This document shows, one piece after another, positions 48,021 through 57,086 of a stretch of 64,000 nt of DNA. The notes under the pieces are model-generated. The model was not told where the DNA came from. It saw only the letters and a program-made list of their open reading frames with translations, and made no database searches. Source of the DNA: Myxococcota bacterium (lineage in GTDB: Bacteria; Myxococcota_A; UBA796; CAJQPC01); NCBI GenBank assembly GCA_036229005.1, contig JAZAMN010000022.1, positions 20,174 to 84,173 of the forward strand. Direction: 5' to 3'. The position numbers were made by a program, and so were the translations under genes. Positions within the stretch are counted from its first letter, which is position 1. Every line of letters begins with the position of its first letter.

Positions 48021-49028
48021 GTGAGACTCCCCTACCAAGATCCCGTGGACCTGATCTGGCTCGGCACACTGCGTGAGCTGGGCTGGCGCGTGGAGCGCAG
48101 CGACGAGGTCTTTGCGAGCTGGGACGGGCAGGGGCTGCTGCGGATCTCCTCGCCGGCGGGCTTCGATCCCGACGACTGCCTGGCGCAGATGTGTTTCCAC
48201 GAGGTGTGCCACGCGCTGGTGCAGGGCCCAGAGAACCTCTCCCGACCCGACTTCGGGATGGAGAACATCGACGATCGGGATCTGGTGGCCGAGTGGGGCT
48301 GCCACCGCCTCCAGGCGGCGCTGCTGGATCCCCACGGGCTGCGCTGGGTGCTCGCTCCCACCACGGACCACCGGCCCTACTACGAGGCCCTGCCGGCGCG
48401 CCCCCTGGCCCCCTGCGACGACCCCGCGCTGCCTCTGGCCCTGGCTGGCTACAAGCGCGCCATGGAGGGCCCCTGGGCCGAGGCGATCCAGGCCGCCCTG
48501 CAGGCCACCGCCGAGATCGGCCGCCAGGCCCGCCGCTACGCCCCCGAGAGCCTCTGGGCGCAGACCCTGGAGCGCCACCCCACCGGCTTGCCGCCCGCCC
48601 CTGAGCCCCGCCCCTGCACCGGCTGCGCGTGGTCCCGCGATGGGCAGTGCCTGGTGGCCGAGACCGCGCACCCCGAGCGGGGCTGCGGCTACTGGGAGCC
48701 TCGCCTGGGCATGGAGGACTGCGCGGACTGCGGGGCCTGCTGTCGGCAGGGCTTCGACGTGGTGGACCTGGAGCCGGACAGCCCCCTGCTGGAGAGCCAC
48801 ACAAGTTGGGTGGAGGACCGCGGCTTCGGCCCACAGCTCCCCCGCCCCGGTGGCTTCTGCGTGGGCCTGGAGGACACCCAGGCGCCCTTTCGCTGCAGCG
48901 TGTATTCGCGGCGTCCCAAGGCCTGCCGGGATCTGGCGCCGGGATCGGAGGGGTGCCTGGCGGCCCGGGAGCGCTGCGGCGTGGCGCGGACGGAGCTGCC
49001 GCGGCCGAGGGTGCGGGAGCTGGGCTGA
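48021..49028 (+). CDS. HExxH-domain protein fused to a YkgJ-type CxxCxxCC cysteine-cluster domain
   Basis: FHEVCH..V.G....DFG; CADCGACC...C..L.....CSVYSRRPKACR. Confidence 0.8.
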   Translation: MRLPYQDPVDLIWLGTLRELGWRVERSDEVFASWDGQGLLRISSPAGFDPDDCLAQMCFHEVCHALVQGPENLSRPDFGMENIDDRDLVAEWGCHRLQAALLDPHGLRWVLAPTTDHRPYYEALPARPLAPCDDPALPLALAGYKRAMEGPWAEAIQAALQATAEIGRQARRYAPESLWAQTLERHPTGLPPAPEPRPCTGCAWSRDGQCLVAETAHPERGCGYWEPRLGMEDCADCGACCRQGFDVVDLEPDSPLLESHTSWVEDRGFGPQLPRPGGFCVGLEDTQAPFRCSVYSRRPKACRDLAPGSEGCLAARERCGVARTELPRPRVRELG

Positions 49029-49164
49029 CCGCTGGGCGTCAACACTGCCCCGAGACAGCGTTCGCTTGAGCTGGGGAGCCCGTGCCCGCCCAGCGAGGCC
49101 CCGCGGCCGTGACAGTCCTGGTGCAGCCGACCTGCGAGACCGCCCAGGAAGGCCTCGCCAAGGC

Positions 49165-49452
49165 GGCTACGGGGTCTGAGTGAGCGCCCAACCGAGGCCA
49201 CGGCCCCCCAATGAGCGGCGTTCTGAGGCTACGCCTGCTCGGTGAGCGATTCGGCCACCGATCTGGCCCTGCGGGGCCCCAAATGCCCCCCATACGGGCC
49301 CGGATCGGGCTGAATCGGGCTGGATCGGTGGACAAATCGATCACTGGTGGGCCGTAGCCTCCAGCGAGCGCTCACTGGTATGCCGTAGCCTCCGGCGGGC
49401 GCTCATTGGCGTGGCGTAGCCTCCGGCGCGCGCTCATTGGCAGGGCGTAGCC
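49165..49452. repeat. 31-bp-period inverted-array element, copy A
   Basis: GGCTAC-N9-RTGAGCG at 49165, 49196, 49227; inverted at 49338, 49369, 49400, 49431; inner ACCGATC/GATCGGT. Confidence 0.92.
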
Positions 49453-49470
49453 GCCACGCCACCCACAACC

Positions 49471-51384
49471 CTACTCCACCCAAATCACCGAGCCGACCGC
49501 CCACCCCAGCGTGTCCTCGACGGTGGCCTGAAGCCAGGAGGGGTCCCCGGGCAGCAGGATGTCGCGCGGTGTGCACGGCCCCTCCCAGGCCAGCTCGCCG
49601 TCTGCCCAGACCTGGACCCCATCGGCCGCCCCCTGACACTCCAGGCGCACGGAGCGGCCCTCCAGGCTCAACCCGCCCGGCTCCACCCAGACAAGCGGCC
49701 CGCTCGACGCCACGCTCTGCCCGATGAACAGCGCCTTCTCGAAGGCCACCGCGCCCGGGAGCTCGAAATCCACGACCCGCAGCCAGGTGTAGGGGCCTAC
49801 GGCGGACACGCGCTCGTCCTGGGCGGCCAAGGCCCGAAGCCAGGCGGCGTCCTCGACCCCGTTGACCCGCAGCGCGGTGGGCATGGGCTCCCAGCCAGAC
49901 ACGGGGCCCGCGCCCTCCATCCACGCCACATCGACGACCGCCAGGCGCTGCGCCTTGAGGGGCTCCATCGCGACGTGCAGGAGCAGCTCGGGGGTCTCGA
50001 TGCCGGCCCACTCCACCGCGCCGTGGCCCGGGTTCTTGCTGCGGCTCCAGCCCCAGCTCCAGACTTGGCCCAGGGGGCTCTCCAGGCGGCTGCCGGCCCG
50101 GACGCGCAACACCTCGGCGACCCAGTCGGTGGTGTAGGGGCGCGCGATCTCGTCGCGGGGGGTGTGCACCACGAACTGCACGCCCAGACCGGCGGCGAGG
50201 CTGAGATCGTCCATGGGCTCCGTGCGGGACAGGGCGCTGGGCCAGGCCTCGCGGTCGAGCTGTGCCAGGCGCCAGTCCCCAGGCGCGATGCGGCGCTCCA
50301 GCACGATGGGCTCGTCGGGGGCGTCCTGTCCGGCGTAGACCGACAGCTCCAGAGGCGCGAACATGGGCCCCGCGTCCACGGTGACGGCGTGCTCCCCGGC
50401 GGGCCAGTCCAAGGCGGCCCCTCCCGGCGGGATCACCTGCGTCCCCAGGGGCCCCGCGACCTGCGCGGCGATGGCCAGTCCCTCCGAATCCACCACCCGC
50501 AGGTGCGCCTTCCCGACCGCTCCGGGCGTCAGCTCCGCGCCGACCAGTTGCGTGCTGGGGGATCCAAAGACCCCGTCCTCGCTTGAGCACACAAGCCTGA
50601 CGGTGTTCGCGGGCACCATCGTGTCCCAGGTGGTGGGGAGCCAGGCGGTGGGCTGCCCATCGGCGTCTTCGGCCCGGACAAAGCTGCCCTCGGGGCAGGT
50701 CCCACTGGAGGGGAGGGTGAAGAGTGCCTGCTGCACCTCGGCCCAATCCCCCACACCCAGGCGCTGCGCACCCTGCAACCACAGGGCGCCACCGAGGTCC
50801 ACAGTGGCGCTGGCGTCGCTCTGGATGGCCGTGGTGCTCCGGTACACCCCCGGGCCCACGCGCTCGGCGTCGCGGCCGGCGTGCAGGTAGAGGCCCTCGG
50901 CGCCCTCGAGCTCGATGACCGGGGAGTCGACGGGGAGCACCCAACGCATCGAGACCTGGCGTCCTTCCTCGATCTCCGGCAGGCCGGGGATGGACATCGA
51001 GCGCCCCGAGACGGAGATCCAGGCGGCGCCTGTGTCCTGCCCGTACTCCAGGGTGTCAACGGCCATCCAGCCGCCCTCGACCACGGGGACGACCTCCAGC
51101 AGGCGGTCGCTCCAGCCCGGCGGCGCGGCGTCGATCAGGGTGACGCCGCCCAGGCCGAAGAGCGTCAGGGCCTCGGCGGGATCCCGGAAGACCAGGTCCA
51201 GCTTCGCGTTCTGCATCAGCAGGTCGCCGCGGCGTCCCTCGGCCAGATCGGGGAGCTCATCGGTGCAGGCGGCGGGCTTCACGCGCAGCGCCCCGGACGG
51301 CATCGCCTGGGGCAGGCAAGCGGTCCAGAGCGGCGCGGTGTCAGCGGGGACCGGCGCGCAGGCGAGCGCGAGCAGCCACCCCAC
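49471..51384 (-). CDS. Large lipoprotein, unknown function (possible degenerate PHP-like C-terminal region)
   Basis: GTG start, MGWLLALAC lipobox, long ORF with coding-like bias. Confidence 0.65.
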   Translation of the reverse strand: MGWLLALACAPVPADTAPLWTACLPQAMPSGALRVKPAACTDELPDLAEGRRGDLLMQNAKLDLVFRDPAEALTLFGLGGVTLIDAAPPGWSDRLLEVVPVVEGGWMAVDTLEYGQDTGAAWISVSGRSMSIPGLPEIEEGRQVSMRWVLPVDSPVIELEGAEGLYLHAGRDAERVGPGVYRSTTAIQSDASATVDLGGALWLQGAQRLGVGDWAEVQQALFTLPSSGTCPEGSFVRAEDADGQPTAWLPTTWDTMVPANTVRLVCSSEDGVFGSPSTQLVGAELTPGAVGKAHLRVVDSEGLAIAAQVAGPLGTQVIPPGGAALDWPAGEHAVTVDAGPMFAPLELSVYAGQDAPDEPIVLERRIAPGDWRLAQLDREAWPSALSRTEPMDDLSLAAGLGVQFVVHTPRDEIARPYTTDWVAEVLRVRAGSRLESPLGQVWSWGWSRSKNPGHGAVEWAGIETPELLLHVAMEPLKAQRLAVVDVAWMEGAGPVSGWEPMPTALRVNGVEDAAWLRALAAQDERVSAVGPYTWLRVVDFELPGAVAFEKALFIGQSVASSGPLVWVEPGGLSLEGRSVRLECQGAADGVQVWADGELAWEGPCTPRDILLPGDPSWLQATVEDTLGWAVGSVIWVE

Positions 51385-51390
51385 CGGCGG

Positions 51391-52146
51391 CTACTCCTCG
51401 ACGTAGGTGATCGAGGTGGGGACCAGCTTGACCTTCTTGACCCAGCCGGCCGCGTCGGGCGCGGTGTCCAGGTAGGTGTAGGTGCGGGTCTCGCCGGGCT
51501 TGACGGGCACCTTCCACTCCTCCTCGATGGGGAGGTTGCCGGGGGCCTGCGGGGCGACCCAGGGCCACTTGTCGGTCTCGATGACCTTGCCCTCGGCGTC
51601 CAGGTACTGGATGGCCACGTTCAGCGACTTGACGGTCTTGTCGCCGGTGTTCGTGATGTCCGAGGTGATCAGGAAGCCGTCCAGGGGCCCATCGGGGTCC
51701 TCGGCCAGGTTGGCGCCCACGACCTCGACCGCGCCGATCTCGATGTGGTCGACGTACTCGAGCATCTCCAGGCGGCGGCGGGCCTCCTGCTTGTACTTCT
51801 TCTCGCCCTTGGGGTACTCGTCCATGTACGCCTGCCAGGCCTCGGCCGTGTTCAGGTCCACGGCGTTCTGGTAGACGAAGGACTCGCGGCCCTCCTTGGC
51901 CTTGTCCAGCAGCCGGGCCTCGGGGTCGTCCGCGTACTTCTCCATGTAGCGGTCGTAGCCCTCCTTGCTGCCCGCCTCCTGGGCGGCCTCCAGGTAGAGC
52001 TCCTCCAGGCGCAGCTTGGCGGTGAAGGCGTTCGGCGAGCTGGGCGCCGCCGCGATGTAGGCCTCGTAGGCCTCGATGGAGTCCTGCTTCTGGACTTCGG
52101 AGAACGACGGCCCGCAGGCGAGCAGCGTGACGAGGAAAAACAGCAT
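51391..52146 (-). CDS. Lipoprotein with helical repeats and Ig-like (FxLYD-like) C-terminal domain
   Basis: GGAGG RBS, MLFFLVTLLAC; repeated Y..Y...YP helices; ITNTGDKTV...IQYLD. Confidence 0.75.
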   Translation of the reverse strand: MLFFLVTLLACGPSFSEVQKQDSIEAYEAYIAAAPSSPNAFTAKLRLEELYLEAAQEAGSKEGYDRYMEKYADDPEARLLDKAKEGRESFVYQNAVDLNTAEAWQAYMDEYPKGEKKYKQEARRRLEMLEYVDHIEIGAVEVVGANLAEDPDGPLDGFLITSDITNTGDKTVKSLNVAIQYLDAEGKVIETDKWPWVAPQAPGNLPIEEEWKVPVKPGETRTYTYLDTAPDAAGWVKKVKLVPTSITYVEE

Positions 52147-52251
52147 GGGGAGCCTCCGCGATTGGACGCACCCTATCAGGATTCTCGTCGCGGGCCTGTC
52201 ACGAAGCGGACAGGATCCCAGGCGGCCATCCAGCGGCCCCCCCGACAGCCC

Positions 52252-52512
52252 TCACAGAGCCGCGACGCCCGTGTCTCCGGCCTCGCACTCGTCGCCGGCC
52301 TCGGTGTCCTCGGTCTTCTGCTCCTGCAGCGCCACCGCGCAGTCGGTGAGCTCCTCGCCCTGGGCGTCCTGGTGGATGGTGCGCAGCTCGGCGCAGTCGG
52401 CCTCCGGGTGACAGTCGCACATGTAGTCGACGTAGTCGTCGCAGGCGTCCGTGGTCACGCAGGCGGAGGCGGTGCCCAGCAGGGCGAAGGTGGCGATCAG
52501 AGCGCGGCGCAT
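52252..52512 (-). CDS. Small Cys-rich acidic lipoprotein
   Basis: GAGGAG RBS; MRRALIATFALLGTASAC. Confidence 0.75.
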   Translation of the reverse strand: MRRALIATFALLGTASACVTTDACDDYVDYMCDCHPEADCAELRTIHQDAQGEELTDCAVALQEQKTEDTEAGDECEAGDTGVAAL

Positions 52513-52599
52513 GGAGGTCTCCTCGGGATCACTATGGGTGCACTTGATACGACACCGCAAGCCCCACATTCAGGATCCTTCGGAGAGGAGAGGCTGGAC

Positions 52600-53364
52600 A
52601 TGCCCAGAGTCGTTGTGATCACCGGAGCCACCAGCGGGATCGGTCGTCAGGCCGCATTGGCTTTTGCGTCCGCAGGCGAGGTCGTTGTGGGCACCGGCCG
52701 CGATCAGGCGCGCCTTTCCGAGCTCGCGCCGCACGTGGACCTGGCCCTGACCCTGGACCACTGCGACCCCCAGTCCGTGCGCGCCGCCACCGCCGCCATC
52801 TTGGGCCGCTACGGGCGCGTGGACGTGCTGGTCCTCAACGCCGGCCAGGGCCACTTCGTCGCCGCGCTGGAGGACTCCGTCAAGGACATGCAGCGCGTCA
52901 TGGACGCCAACCTCTGGGGCCCCGTGCGCGTCACCCAGGCCCTGCTCCCCAGCATGAAGGAGCGCGGCGGCGTCATCCTGGCCATCTCCTCGGTCGCGGG
53001 GCTGCGGGGCTACCCCCGACACGGCGCCTACTGCGCCTCAAAACACGCCTTGAATGGGTGGTTTGGCGCCCTCCGCACCGAACTCCTGGGAAGCGGCGTA
53101 CAGGTCGGCATCCTGTGCCCGCCCGCCGTCGACACCCCCTTCTTCGAGAACGCCGGCTACGACGACTTCAAGGCCGACCACCCCGGCCTCAAGCTCATGT
53201 CCCCGCAAGAGGTCGCCCAGCACATCGTCGACGCCAGCGAGCACCCGCCCGCCCTCGCCGTGCTCGGGACCCGCGCCAAGGTGCTCGAGGGCGTGAACCG
53301 GGTGGCCCCGGGGGTGTTGGAGTGGGCGCGGCGGAAGAGCGGGAAGATCGGGGGGGCCCAGTGA
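52600..53364 (+). CDS. Short-chain dehydrogenase/reductase
   Basis: TGATSGIG, LNAG, ISS, YCASK. Confidence 0.92.
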   Translation: MPRVVVITGATSGIGRQAALAFASAGEVVVGTGRDQARLSELAPHVDLALTLDHCDPQSVRAATAAILGRYGRVDVLVLNAGQGHFVAALEDSVKDMQRVMDANLWGPVRVTQALLPSMKERGGVILAISSVAGLRGYPRHGAYCASKHALNGWFGALRTELLGSGVQVGILCPPAVDTPFFENAGYDDFKADHPGLKLMSPQEVAQHIVDASEHPPALAVLGTRAKVLEGVNRVAPGVLEWARRKSGKIGGAQ

Positions 53365-54068
53365 AGCTCCACACGCTCCAGCACGGCGAGCAGCCCCTGG
53401 ACCTCTTCATCGCCGAGCCCACCGGCCCGGGCCCCCACCCCACCGTGATGGTCTGTCACGCCTGGAGCGGCCGCCGCGCCTTCGAGGAAGACAGGGCCCG
53501 AGCGCTCGCCGAGCAGGGCTACCTCGCCGTCGCCGTCGACGTCTACGGCGTGGGACAGCGGGGTCAGGACGCCGCCTCCAGCCGCGCTCTGATGATGGGC
53601 ATGGTCGACAACCCCGACCTCTTCCACGAGCGCCTGACCCTCATCCACGCCGCCGTCGCCGGGCTGCCCCAGGTCGATGCCGAGCGCGTGGCCGTGATCG
53701 GCTACTGCTTTGGCGGCATGTGCGCCTTGCTCATGGCCCGCCTCGGCTTGCCTCTGCGCGCCGCCGTCAGCTTCCACGGCCTGCTCAAGTTCCGCCCTCT
53801 GGAGACCCGCCCCCAGGCCCGCATGTTGGTCCTCCACGGCCAGGACGACCCCATGGTCCCCCCCCAGGACGTCGGCGCGTGGGCCCAGGAGATGCAGCGC
53901 ATCGGCGGAGACTGGCAGCTCCACGCCTACCCCGGCGTGATGCACAGCTTCACCAACCCCGCCGCGGCCGATCCCAGCTACGCCCTCTACGACGCCCAGG
54001 CCGACGCCCGCTCCTGGGCCGCCATGCAGCACTTCCTGGGCGAGGCCTTCACCTCCGCCGCCCCGTGA
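53361..54068 (+). CDS. Dienelactone hydrolase family protein
   Basis: GYCFGG, SFHG, HG.DDP, HSFTNP; GTGA overlap. Confidence 0.92.
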   Translation: MKLHTLQHGEQPLDLFIAEPTGPGPHPTVMVCHAWSGRRAFEEDRARALAEQGYLAVAVDVYGVGQRGQDAASSRALMMGMVDNPDLFHERLTLIHAAVAGLPQVDAERVAVIGYCFGGMCALLMARLGLPLRAAVSFHGLLKFRPLETRPQARMLVLHGQDDPMVPPQDVGAWAQEMQRIGGDWQLHAYPGVMHSFTNPAAADPSYALYDAQADARSWAAMQHFLGEAFTSAAP

Positions 54069-54101
54069 CTACACCCGGGCTCCACCCCCAGGAGTCCCCC
54101 C

Positions 54102-54764
54102 ATGCCCACTGCCCTCGTCACCGGCGCCAACCGCGGAATCGGCCTCTCCCTCACCCGCCAGCTCAAGGAGTTGGGGTTCGAGGTGATCGCGGCCTGCCGC
54201 AAGACCTCGGCCCAACTCTCCGAGCTCGATGTCCGCATCGAAGAAGGCGTCGACGTCGGCAACGGCGAGGACATCCGCAGCCTGGCCAGCCGCCTGAAGG
54301 GCGTGCAGATCGACTGGCTGATCAACAACGCCGGCATCCTGGGGCGCACCCACCTGGAGTCGATGGACTTCGACTCCGCCCTGCGCCAGTTCCAGATCAA
54401 CAGCCTGGGCCCCCTGCGCGTCACCGAGGCCCTGCTCCCCAACCTGGGCAAGGGCGCCAAGGTCGGCATCGTCACCAGCCGCATGGGCTCCATCGCCGAC
54501 AACGACTCCGGCGGGCACTACGGCTACCGCATGTCCAAGGCCGCCGTGAACGCCGCCGGCAAGTCCCTGGCCATCGACCTGGCCCCCCGCGGCATCGCCG
54601 TCGCCCTGCTCCACCCCGGCTGGGTCCAGACCGAGATGACCGGCGGCACCGGCCACGTGGGCCCCGACGAGTCCGCCGCCGGCTTGATCGCCCGGATGGA
54701 GGGTCTGAGTATGGCGAACAGCGGAAGCTTCTGGCATGCGCAGGGGCAAGAGCTGCCCTGGTAG
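54102..54764 (+). CDS. CsgA-like short-chain dehydrogenase
   Basis: TGANRGIG, INNAG, TSRMGSI.DN, YRMSKAA, HPGWVQT.M. Confidence 0.9.
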   Translation: MPTALVTGANRGIGLSLTRQLKELGFEVIAACRKTSAQLSELDVRIEEGVDVGNGEDIRSLASRLKGVQIDWLINNAGILGRTHLESMDFDSALRQFQINSLGPLRVTEALLPNLGKGAKVGIVTSRMGSIADNDSGGHYGYRMSKAAVNAAGKSLAIDLAPRGIAVALLHPGWVQTEMTGGTGHVGPDESAAGLIARMEGLSMANSGSFWHAQGQELPW

Positions 54765-54789
54765 GTGCAGGTATCTGGGGTCGACCCGC

Positions 54790-55995
54790 CTACCAGTCCT
54801 CCACCCGGATCTCAAAGCGCCCAAAGTCATAGGGCACCCCACCCGCCCGCTCCACGGGCACCAGCACCTCGCGCTGGCCCTGTTGCTTGAGCTGGTGGGC
54901 GCGGTGGTAGCAGAAGGGATTGTTCCCCCGCCGTCCCAGGGTGCAGTGGGTGGTGAAGCTGCAGCCGGCCATGCAGTCGCTGGCGTAGGCACAGCCCGCG
55001 CAGAAGCCCCAGAGCTCGCTCTCGTCGCGCCCGCGGACGAACTGCAGCTCGGGGGCGTGCTCCCAGATCTGCTCCAGCCCCAGGTCCTGCACCTTGCCGC
55101 CGGTGTAGGGCGCGGTGGGCAGCGAGGGGCACCCCTTGATGGTGCCGTCCGACTCGATGCCCAGGGTGTAGGTCCCCGCCTGGCAGCCCTGCCACCAGCG
55201 CGCGTCGCCGCCGGGGTTGGAGCGGAGCAGCACCTCGTGGGGGCCGTAGTAGCCCAGGTTGTTGGAGATCAAGACGTTGAACAGCTTGCCCAGGTCCCCG
55301 CCGGCCCGCTCGATGAAGTCCGTCTGCACCTGCGCCAGCGTGTCGATGACATCCAGCACGCGCCAGGGCGGGAGGATCCACTCCGGCTTGTCGGCAGCCC
55401 GGCCCATGGGGACCGTCAACTGACAGCGCCAGATGCGCACACCCGCCTCGGCCAGCAGCTCGGCGGTCTCGGGCAGGTGGTCAGCGTTCAGCGCGTTGAC
55501 CTGTGAGTTGGCCGTGGTGATCAGCCCGGCCTGAGCCGCATTGCGCAGCGCCCGCATGGCCGCCGCGTGACTCCCGGGTGCTCCCCGCAGCGTGTTGTGC
55601 GGCCCCTCCGGCCCGTCCACGCTCACGCCCACCGCGGCCATGCCGGCTTCCTTGAGCGAGCGGGCCAGCTCCAGCGTGAGCCCCCGCCCACCGGTCTGCA
55701 TGGTCACCCGCACGCCCCCGTGGTGGAGGAAGCGCACGATGTCGTGCAGGTGCGGGCTCAGGTAGGCCTCGCCGCCGATCAGTGTGACCTCGCGGGTCTG
55801 GAGCGCCACGAGCTGGGAGGCGACCTCGAGGAGCTGGTCCAGCGCCAGCTCGTCTGGACGCGGGGCCACCGCCCGGCTCCCGCAGTGCCCGCAGGCGTGG
55901 TCGCAGCGGAGCGTCAGCTCCCAGACGGCGTAGATGGGCCGCGGTCGCCCGGCCTGGTCCTGGGGCGTGATGGTGCGGGGGGAAGGCTTGGCCAT
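54790..55995 (-). CDS. Radical SAM/SPASM protein (resembles the Y-X10-GDL / Nif11-type peptide maturase group)
   Basis: WELTLRCDHACGHCGSRA, LIGGE; SPASM CQAG..GIESDG.IKGCPSL...C..C.Y...C.AGC...GNNPFC. Confidence 0.88.
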   Translation of the reverse strand: MAKPSPRTITPQDQAGRPRPIYAVWELTLRCDHACGHCGSRAVAPRPDELALDQLLEVASQLVALQTREVTLIGGEAYLSPHLHDIVRFLHHGGVRVTMQTGGRGLTLELARSLKEAGMAAVGVSVDGPEGPHNTLRGAPGSHAAAMRALRNAAQAGLITTANSQVNALNADHLPETAELLAEAGVRIWRCQLTVPMGRAADKPEWILPPWRVLDVIDTLAQVQTDFIERAGGDLGKLFNVLISNNLGYYGPHEVLLRSNPGGDARWWQGCQAGTYTLGIESDGTIKGCPSLPTAPYTGGKVQDLGLEQIWEHAPELQFVRGRDESELWGFCAGCAYASDCMAGCSFTTHCTLGRRGNNPFCYHRAHQLKQQGQREVLVPVERAGGVPYDFGRFEIRVEDW

Positions 55996-56049
55996 GGGGG
56001 CAGTCTACGCGGGAGGGCCAGGGCCCGACGGATTCGGGTCCCCCAAAGC

Positions 56050-56305
56050 GGCTACGCCCTGCCAATGAGCGCACCCCTGTGGCTACGCCCTCCGAGTGAG
56101 CGCCCGCTGGAGGCTACGCCCCACCAGTGAGCGTTCCGCCCACCGATCGGCCCTCAAATCAGCCCAAAACACCGGATCTGGGCCCCGAGAAGCCCTCAGA
56201 ACCCCGAATCGGTCCCCCGATCGCTCACCGAGCCGCCGTAGCCTCAGAAGACCGCTCACTCAGACCCGGTAGCCACCCCCCTCCGCTCACTCAGACCCGG
56301 TAGCC
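56050..56305. repeat. 31-bp-period inverted-array element, copy B
   Basis: Units at 56050, 56081, 56112; inverted at 56222, 56253, 56284; opposite orientation to copy A. Confidence 0.92.
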
Positions 56306-56319
56306 ACCCGCAAAGGGCC

Positions 56320-56994
56320 CTACTCCACCTGGATCAGGTCCCCGAAGTTCTCGAACTCCTCGCGGAACAGCGCCTCGACGCCCATCTTCATGGTCATGAT
56401 GGAGCTCGGGCAGGTCGAGCACGCGCCGACCAGCTTCACGTACACGTCCATCCCATCGGTCTTGATCAGCGTGATGTCGCCGCCATCGGCCTGCAGCGCC
56501 GGGCGCACCATGTCGTCCAGCAGCTCCTGCACCACCACGGGGTCCAGACCATCTCCCGAGGCCGCGGGGGCCTCCTCGGCGGGCGCGCTCTGCGCCTCCA
56601 TGAGCTCGACCAGCTCGGCCTTCTTCATGCGGGAGCGCAGCTCGACGCCCAGCTCCTCCAGCTCGGCGCGGAGCTTCTTCACGGTCCAGGAGTTGTAGTC
56701 GATCGGCTCGACCACAGGCTCGGGAGCGGCCGGGGTGACCTCGGGCGCGGGCTCCGGTGTCGAGGACTCGGCAGCGACAGGATCCGGGGAGGTGGGGGCC
56801 GGGGTGTCCGACACGCCCGACTGCACCTCTTCGACCGGAGCAGCCTCCTGAGCCGGCGCAGGGCTCTGCCCCGCCGACGAGGTCTGGCTGCCTGCCTCTG
56901 GCTCCCGGTACTTGAAGGGGTAGTTCGCGGGAGCGGGGGGCTGGGCCGGGCTCTGGTCACGGCCGAGCAGGCGCTTGATGAAGGACTTGATCAT
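56320..56994 (-). CDS. NifU C-terminal domain (NfuA-like) Fe-S carrier with Pro/Ala linker and Rho-N/SAP-like helical motif
   Basis: VRPALQADGGDI...GACSTCPSS.MT.KMGVE; TVKKLRAEL...G....MKKAELV. Confidence 0.85.
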   Translation of the reverse strand: MIKSFIKRLLGRDQSPAQPPAPANYPFKYREPEAGSQTSSAGQSPAPAQEAAPVEEVQSGVSDTPAPTSPDPVAAESSTPEPAPEVTPAAPEPVVEPIDYNSWTVKKLRAELEELGVELRSRMKKAELVELMEAQSAPAEEAPAASGDGLDPVVVQELLDDMVRPALQADGGDITLIKTDGMDVYVKLVGACSTCPSSIMTMKMGVEALFREEFENFGDLIQVE

Positions 56995-57086
56995 CCACGG
57001 GCTCCGAGGGCAAGAGAGGGCCAGACGCAGCGAACGCGCCATAGGTCCCAGTGGCTTTGGGACATAGCGCGTTGAAGCGTGCGCGC

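Noticed and set aside
50881..52599. N-terminal extension of the 827-aa ORF onto the SDR
   Set aside because: The extension is antisense to real lipoprotein genes; the SDR starts at ATG 52600 after a GAGGAG RBS.
54102..54764. Assigning the gene symbol csgA (C-signal)
   Set aside because: It belongs to the CsgA-like SDR subgroup, but orthology cannot be established from sequence inspection alone.
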